From: Sulfolobus acidocaldarius DSM 639
GTDB taxonomy: Archaea > Thermoproteota > Thermoprotei_A > Sulfolobales > Sulfolobaceae
Length of the DNA: 32,000 bases
NCBI RefSeq assembly: GCF_000012285.1
Contig: NC_007181.1
Span: forward strand, 270,001 to 302,000
Reading direction: 5' to 3'
The translations under genes and the position numbers were made by a program. Below the pieces are notes generated by a model. The model was not told the DNA's origin. It saw only the letters and a program-made list of their open reading frames with translations, and did not search any database. Positions within the stretch are counted from its first letter, which is position 1. The number at the start of each line of letters is the position of its first letter. Shown one piece after another: positions 26,924 to 32,000 of this stretch.

Positions 26924-27373
26924 ATGGTAGTAGAAGCTAATTGTGAAATCCCAGAAAACCTATACTATTATATTGATGGAAAGAACACAGTGTGGGTGAA
27001 AATAGAGGGAAGTGATATTGCGGTAGTTGGTATAACGGATTTAGCACAAACCATGGCAGGGAAAATTGTGAAGATAAGGATAAAGAAGAAAGGTATAAAA
27101 GTAGAGAGGGGAAGACCTGTAGCAACTCTAGAGAGCGGGAAATGGGCTGGACCAGTGCCTGCACCAGTTTCCGGTGAGGTAGTGGATTCCAACTCAGAAG
27201 TTGAAAAAAGCCCTGTGATCTTAAACAGAGATCCTTATGGTCAAGGATGGATCGCAAAGATTAAAATTAGTAACCAGGAGGAAGTTAAGCAATTATTAAC
27301 AGGACAGCAAGCTATACAAAAACTCAAGGAGATTATAACCTCAGAGAAATTAACATGTAAGAGGCTACAGTAA
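26924..27373 (+). CDS. lbpA: Lipoate-binding protein, GcvH-like (LbpA copy 2)
   Basis: 149 aa; NTVWVKIEGSDIAVVGITDLAQTMAGKI...TLESGKWAGPVPAPVSGEVVDSN...NRDPYGQGW with Lys in ESGK. Confidence 0.9.
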   Translation: MVVEANCEIPENLYYYIDGKNTVWVKIEGSDIAVVGITDLAQTMAGKIVKIRIKKKGIKVERGRPVATLESGKWAGPVPAPVSGEVVDSNSEVEKSPVILNRDPYGQGWIAKIKISNQEEVKQLLTGQQAIQKLKEIITSEKLTCKRLQ

Positions 27374-28470
27374 TGGGAGACTGGAGATATGTCTCCTTAC
27401 CTCCCCAAGACGGCTATCATATGATAACTTCGTTTGTTGCTGTAGCAGATTACGTTAACAAGAACGGGAAAAATACCTTAATGACGTTCTATGCCAGGAC
27501 TCCATTCATCAACGTCGGTGTACATCAAGAGGTCTGGTTGGAAGTAGATCTTGAATGTGCTAAGCAGAATAACATTACTGTTGTGAGAAGAGACATAGGT
27601 GGCGGAACAGTGGTAATTACCCCAGGTGAGCATGATTATTTTATAGTAGTTAGAGCTGAAGAAGTTCCAAGAAATCCCTCTCAGTTATACGAGAAATTCT
27701 TAACACCAGTGGTTAACGTCCTGAAATCCTATGGTCTTAACGCAAACTTAAGGGATCAGGATATAGTAGTAAACGGAAAGAAAATAAGTGGTAATGGTGC
27801 ATCAACGTTTGGCAACGCAGTGGTCATAACGGGAAATATCCTTTTTCAGTTAGATGTTGATACTATGACAAGGTGCATAAAAGTACCCTCAGAGAAGTTC
27901 AGAGATAAAATGGCAAAGGACATAAGGGATTGGTTAACGTCCCTAGAGAGAGAGTTAGGATATGTGCCACCAAGGGAGGAAATTGAGAAGAAGTTGAAGG
28001 ATGAATTTGAGAGGTCATTAGGCATAAAATTTGAGGACTCAAGGTTGACTAGGGAAGAGATCGAATTGTGGGAATCGTTAGCTAAAGAAAAAGCTAATGA
28101 GGAGTGGATCTACTATAAGGACAATAGACATCCTGATTTACATTCAGAGAGGTGTGTTAAGATCTCCTCATCAGTTGCAATTTGTCACATTGATTATAAA
28201 GCCAGAAAATTGTTAAGGATAACAATGAGAATAGTGGAAAAAAAGGTTGATGAGATATCTATATCAGGAGACTTCTTTGTCATGAATCCTAAGAACTTTC
28301 TAGAGAAACTAGAGGAGAGCCTTAGAGGAGTAGAGGTTAATAATATTAACAGTGTGGTGCGGAGAATATTTGAAACTGAAAAGCCTGTTATATTTGGATT
28401 TTCAGAAAATGATTTAATCAATGCTATACAGGAGATACTCAATAAACCTGAAGTTCAAGAAGTCATTTAG
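27373..28470 (+). CDS. Second lipoate-protein ligase-like enzyme
   Basis: 365 aa; VRRDIGGGTVVI, DQDIVVNGKKISGNGASTFG; overlaps the lbpA2 stop by 1 nt. Confidence 0.83.
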   Translation: MGDWRYVSLPPQDGYHMITSFVAVADYVNKNGKNTLMTFYARTPFINVGVHQEVWLEVDLECAKQNNITVVRRDIGGGTVVITPGEHDYFIVVRAEEVPRNPSQLYEKFLTPVVNVLKSYGLNANLRDQDIVVNGKKISGNGASTFGNAVVITGNILFQLDVDTMTRCIKVPSEKFRDKMAKDIRDWLTSLERELGYVPPREEIEKKLKDEFERSLGIKFEDSRLTREEIELWESLAKEKANEEWIYYKDNRHPDLHSERCVKISSSVAICHIDYKARKLLRITMRIVEKKVDEISISGDFFVMNPKNFLEKLEESLRGVEVNNINSVVRRIFETEKPVIFGFSENDLINAIQEILNKPEVQEVI

Positions 28471-28601
28471 AGTTTCTTTATTTGTATCTCTCTACATCTA
28501 GCAAGACACTCTGAGATACTTATAAATTTCCAGTTCGGTGACCTGCTACTGGCTGTAAGACAGTCTTTTACACATTCCTCATTAGATGTTTGTTGCTCCA
28601 T
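28467..28601 (-). CDS. Small twin CX3C protein (re-started within the longer called ORF)
   Basis: 44 aa: MEQQTSNEECVKDCLTASSRSPNWKFISISECLARCREIQIKKL. The upstream part of the 73-aa ORF is low-complexity hydrophobic and probably non-coding. Confidence 0.55.
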   Translation of the reverse strand: MEQQTSNEECVKDCLTASSRSPNWKFISISECLARCREIQIKKL

Positions 28602-28664
28602 AATTAAAAATAAACAAAAACAAAAAAGAAAAATTTTTCTCCCTATGATAAAAGAATAAATTAA

Positions 28665-29114
28665 ATGACAAAGGAAAGGGTAAATCAATTAGAGTTAGAG
28701 GTCGAAGCAATTGTTGAAGTCGATGGAAAGGAATATAAAGTGGTAACAGTTCCTACAGCTGAGGAATACACAGGTTTTCCTCCCTCATGGGAGTTTGTGA
28801 AAGCTAATATGTTAAAATGGAAACCTTACTTTAAAGCAAAAATGCTAAATTTTAATGGTCAATTAATCCCCGCGTTAGAAAACGTCTTACTGAATATGGA
28901 GGAGAATATGTATGAGTTTTTACTCGACATATACTATACCTTTAAGGTAAACAGACCCTCTATTGAAACAAATATTAGTACAGTAATCACAAGACAAATA
29001 GAAAGGCTTGAAGAAAAATTGAACAGAACCTTCAACGAGAAAGAGAGGACTGATCTTTACATAAAATATGGTATAGAGGCAGCTATCCTTAAGGATATAG
29101 GTGTAATAAATTGA
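28665..29114 (+). CDS. Hypothetical protein coupled to OsmC-family gene
   Basis: 149 aa ORF, 4-nt overlap with the osmC-like gene; no recognised motif. Confidence 0.65.
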   Translation: MTKERVNQLELEVEAIVEVDGKEYKVVTVPTAEEYTGFPPSWEFVKANMLKWKPYFKAKMLNFNGQLIPALENVLLNMEENMYEFLLDIYYTFKVNRPSIETNISTVITRQIERLEEKLNRTFNEKERTDLYIKYGIEAAILKDIGVIN

Positions 29115-29536
29115 CAATAATCACATTTACGGCTGAAGGAGAATTTTCGGGGGATAAGGTAACTATAACAATAATGGACGATCAAATTCTAGAAGTTGGA
29201 ACTTTAGGCTCCAATTATGTTAAACCTGAGGAACTATGTCTAGCTTCAGCGTTGTCATGTCTTATACTAACAGTTAATTACATTGCAAAGGAGAAAGGGG
29301 TAGACGTGAAAGGGATAGAGGGTTATATAGAGGGAAAGTTAGATCCTGATGGATTTCAAGGTAAAAACAGTGTACCACCAGGCTTGCTCGAAGTCAATTA
29401 CCATATCTCAGTTAAGTCTAATGATACCAAGATTAATGAGGTTATAGAGGAGGCTGAAAGGAGGTGCCCCATGAAAGATACATTGACAAGAGGAATAAAA
29501 GTGAATATAAGGTGGAAAATAGAAGAGACTAATTGA
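29111..29536 (+). CDS. OsmC/Ohr family protein
   Basis: 141 aa; KPEELCLASALSCLILTVNYIAKEKG and AERRCPMKDTLTRG with the two conserved Cys. Confidence 0.87.
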   Translation: MTIITFTAEGEFSGDKVTITIMDDQILEVGTLGSNYVKPEELCLASALSCLILTVNYIAKEKGVDVKGIEGYIEGKLDPDGFQGKNSVPPGLLEVNYHISVKSNDTKINEVIEEAERRCPMKDTLTRGIKVNIRWKIEETN

Positions 29537-29570
29537 AAATGAGGTTTAACTCAGAGAGGGGGGATTAAAC

Positions 29571-29894
29571 ATGTCTGAGCTACTAAAACCTGGTGAAAGG
29601 GAAAGAAATGAAATTATTGCTTACATTCAAGTACTGCTAGACTATTTGAATGATTTCATTAGCAAACATAGAAGTGAACTAATTAAACTTGGGGTTATGA
29701 GTAGGTTACTTAAAAATATCTCATTTATATCTATGCATAAATATAGCCCCGAAATATACATGGGAGAATATTGGGATGAAATAGTTAGTGTTATGAATAC
29801 CTTGAAAAAAGACCCCCAACTAGAGAAAGAGATAGTAGAGATGAACGATATATTAGAGAAAATAAGTGAGTTACGAAAGTCGTTCTTACAGTAG
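29571..29894 (+). CDS. Hypothetical helical protein downstream of osmC
   Basis: 107 aa, same strand and close spacing; no recognised motif. Confidence 0.6.
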   Translation: MSELLKPGERERNEIIAYIQVLLDYLNDFISKHRSELIKLGVMSRLLKNISFISMHKYSPEIYMGEYWDEIVSVMNTLKKDPQLEKEIVEMNDILEKISELRKSFLQ

Positions 29895-30073
29895 AAATTT
29901 AAAAATAGTAAACCTCTTAAAATGTTTTTTCTGAGATTGTAAGCTCAAATCAAAAGTATATCTGTTAACCATGAAATTATACTAAAAAATACGGGTAAGT
30001 ATAAACTAGAAATTAAAAATATTTCAATCCAATTGTTTTCCTCTGGTCAAGAGGTAGCCAACAGCCTTACTCT

Positions 30074-30883
30074 TCAGAACGGAGAGGAGGTAGACTCTGG
30101 GCTCTGCTTCATTGTTTTAAATTCATAATCATATATTATCATGACATCTGAATCCTTATCAACCTCTCTGGCGCCATTAATATACTTCTTAGCTCCTTCC
30201 ACATTATCAGCATAACAAACAGTTATTCCAGCATAACCATCAGTAAATTGCCACAATTTACATTCCTGTAAAACGGGTGATATGTCCTCAATTCTCTTAG
30301 AGAACATGGAGAATATAACTATGTCTGCCCTTCCTAGATTAATTTCTGGCACTATCAAAATCATCCCTCTGAATCTCATATGCCTGATATGTTTTTCTAT
30401 AACTCTAGTGTTGATGCCTAACTTTTTAGAAATTTCCGAAGAAGCTAGCCTAGGGTCTTCCTTCAACATTTCAACAATCTTCTTATCTAAACTTGAGGGT
30501 TTGAGCTTATACTGAACAGGTAAATAAGTTAACACAGGATCTCCCAGTTCCTTACGCATATACTCTATCCTATCCTTTAACTCAGTTTGACTTGAACCAT
30601 ATATGCCGTAGACATTAAGCCATTCTAGACATCTTAGCTTAAAGGAAATCCAATCAGCGTCTATCTCCTTGTAATTCTTAAAGGCAATATACAGTTGATA
30701 TTGACCATAAAAGTTAGGGTTAATATATAACTTAAATCCCTTTAAAATATTGCTATCTATAAGTTTTCGGAACCTATAATTTAAACTTGCAGGCGTCAAG
30801 TTAAGCAGACTTGCTATTCTTCTCTGTGATATTCTGCCATCTTTGAGAAAAAATGAAAGAATTCTCTTATCTACTATATCCAT
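30074..30883 (-). CDS. Lrp/AsnC-like transcriptional regulator with two HTH segments
   Basis: 269 aa; VDKRILSFFLKDGRISQRRIASLLNLTPASLNYRFRKLI and LDKKIVEMLKEDPRLASSEISKKLGINTRVIEKHIRHM. Confidence 0.82.
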   Translation of the reverse strand: MDIVDKRILSFFLKDGRISQRRIASLLNLTPASLNYRFRKLIDSNILKGFKLYINPNFYGQYQLYIAFKNYKEIDADWISFKLRCLEWLNVYGIYGSSQTELKDRIEYMRKELGDPVLTYLPVQYKLKPSSLDKKIVEMLKEDPRLASSEISKKLGINTRVIEKHIRHMRFRGMILIVPEINLGRADIVIFSMFSKRIEDISPVLQECKLWQFTDGYAGITVCYADNVEGAKKYINGAREVDKDSDVMIIYDYEFKTMKQSPESTSSPF

Positions 30884-30887
30884 GGAA

Positions 30888-31091
30888 TCACACTTTCTTA
30901 ATGTTTTGTTTTATCTTTTCTGCTACGTCTGATGGAATTTCTTTCATACCGTGGGCAGTCTTAGCATGGACCTTCAGTATTTCTAGCACTTCCTGTTCAG
31001 AGGACGCATTCTTTACTTCAAATCCACAGTTCATTCCTACGCTACTACAACTAAATTCGTACTTCTTCTTCTTGCCAAATCCAAATACCAT
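30888..31091 (-). CDS. DUF1059-like small protein
   Basis: 67 aa; YEFSCSSVGMNCGFEVKNASSEQEVLEILKVHAKTAHGMKEIPSDVAEKIKQNIKKV. Confidence 0.85.
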   Translation of the reverse strand: MVFGFGKKKKYEFSCSSVGMNCGFEVKNASSEQEVLEILKVHAKTAHGMKEIPSDVAEKIKQNIKKV

Positions 31092-31186
31092 ATATTATAA
31101 TTCCGTGAAAGATATATTTATTAATTCATTAAAACTATTCAAACGCCTCTATATATATTTAAAAAACTAATGTTATGTGATAGTAA

Positions 31187-31546
31187 ATGGTAAAGTACAC
31201 CTTCAAATGTGCGGATGTAGGAATGGACTGCGGATTCGAAATAGTTAATGCTGGAAGTGAAGACGAACTGTTAGAAGCACTTAAATCCCACGCAAAAATG
31301 TCACATGGACTAACATCAATACCACCTGATCTAGTAAACAAAATAAAGCAAAACATAAAGAAGAGCGGAAAATACTATTTCGCCTGTAGCAGTGTTGGAA
31401 TGGACTGCGGATTTGAAATAAAGGCAGCATCTTCAGAACAAGAGTTATTAGAAGAGCTCATGGCTCATGCAAAGATGTCACACGGACTAACATCAATACC
31501 ACAAGATACCCTAAACAAGATAAAACAAAATATCAAAGTAATGTAA
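31187..31546 (+). CDS. Tandem two-domain DUF1059-like protein
   Basis: 119 aa with two copies of C(A/S)xVGMDCGFE...HAKMSHGLTSIP...NKIKQNIK. Confidence 0.87.
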   Translation: MVKYTFKCADVGMDCGFEIVNAGSEDELLEALKSHAKMSHGLTSIPPDLVNKIKQNIKKSGKYYFACSSVGMDCGFEIKAASSEQELLEELMAHAKMSHGLTSIPQDTLNKIKQNIKVM

Positions 31547-31628
31547 GAAGTTTTTTATTCTTTTTTACCTTATATTCAATAGAATAAATATACACTCTCG
31601 GAAGTGACTATTGGTTCTCGAACTATAT

Positions 31629-31997
31629 TTATACATGGAAGAATTCAGGTTTAAATATCATAACGTAAAACAAAAAGAGTGTAACGAGTATGTAGAGTAC
31701 AGATACAAACCTCATCCTCCTTCTGAACTCAACTAGTCCCCTATAAGTAAGTCTATAGTGGTAAAATTCCAAGAAAAGGAGGAAGGGAGATATAATAAAG
31801 GCATAATAAGCCCACTTGGGAAATCCTAACTCCATCCACATATAAGCTCCCGATAAAGCGATAACAAACAAGGATATGATCTCGATAAAAACTAACTTTC
31901 TATAGGCTACCAGTATTCGTGAATCTGATAATTTCATAAATTCAATGAGATAATAAGCTCCAGTACTAAGACCAGCCCATCCTATAACTCCTAGCAA
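31629..31997 (-). CDS. Integral membrane protein, probably N-terminally truncated by the window edge
   Basis: Hydrophobic polytopic ORF; the called start is a TTG at the very edge and the gene may begin beyond base 32000. Confidence 0.6.
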   Translation of the reverse strand: MLGVIGWAGLSTGAYYLIEFMKLSDSRILVAYRKLVFIEIISLFVIALSGAYMWMELGFPKWAYYAFIISPFLLFLEFYHYRLTYRGLVEFRRRMRFVSVLYILVTLFLFYVMIFKPEFFHV

Positions 31998-32000
31998 GTG

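Noticed and set aside
28602-28688. N-terminal 29 aa of the called 28467-28688 minus ORF
   Set aside because: Low-complexity Phe/Leu/Cys/Ile translation of an A-rich tract; the internal Met gives the better gene model.
26306-29117. Minus ORFs over lbpA1, lbpA2, ligase 2 and the 149-aa gene (26306-26797, 26937-27257, 26968-27192, 28194-28442, 28920-29117)
   Set aside because: Shadow ORFs; GcvH-like and ligase motifs are on the + strand.
1-32000. CRISPR arrays, rRNA, tRNA and transposases
   Set aside because: None recognised: no regularly spaced repeats, no tRNA T-loop or rRNA signature noticed, no transposase/integrase ORF in the track.

Overview
The window reads as a chromosomal segment from a thermoacidophilic crenarchaeon of Sulfolobales type. 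This is inferred from the low GC content, ATGA-coupled operons, TATA boxes about 25-30 nt upstream of start codons, and protein content. Its centre is a sulfur-oxidation locus: a full sulfur-oxidizing heterodisulfide-reductase-like set (sHdr: hdrC1, hdrB1, hdrA, hyp, hdrC2, hdrB2), two TusA-family and three DsrE-family sulfurtransferases, a TauE/SafE permease, a dihydrolipoamide-dehydrogenase-like protein, two GcvH-like lipoate-binding proteins (LbpA), two lipoate-ligase-like proteins and two radical-SAM lipoyl-synthase-like proteins (LipS1/LipS2). Left of this lie fixC/fixX, fdhD, a DUF1641 gene and a YjgC/YrhE-type formate-dehydrogenase-like gene, then a 2H-phosphoesterase/metallophosphoesterase fusion and a VapBC pair. 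The sHdr-LbpA system itself is known. The parts that look least explained are: (1) a degenerate M23-like/hybrid-barrel, Cys-containing protein tightly coupled to the lipoate-assembly genes; (2) a + strand block (TusA-like CAGP, SQR-like flavoprotein, DsrE, triplicated DUF1641 protein) lodged between hdrC1 and hdrB1; (3) two lbpA/ligase sets with different lipoyl-lysine contexts; (4) a half-degenerate protein disulfide oxidoreductase coupled to an orphan gene and the Lpd-like gene; (5) a small YHS protein absent from the supplied ORF track and a twin-CX3C miniprotein hidden inside a longer called ORF. All family calls come from reading motifs, not from database searches.
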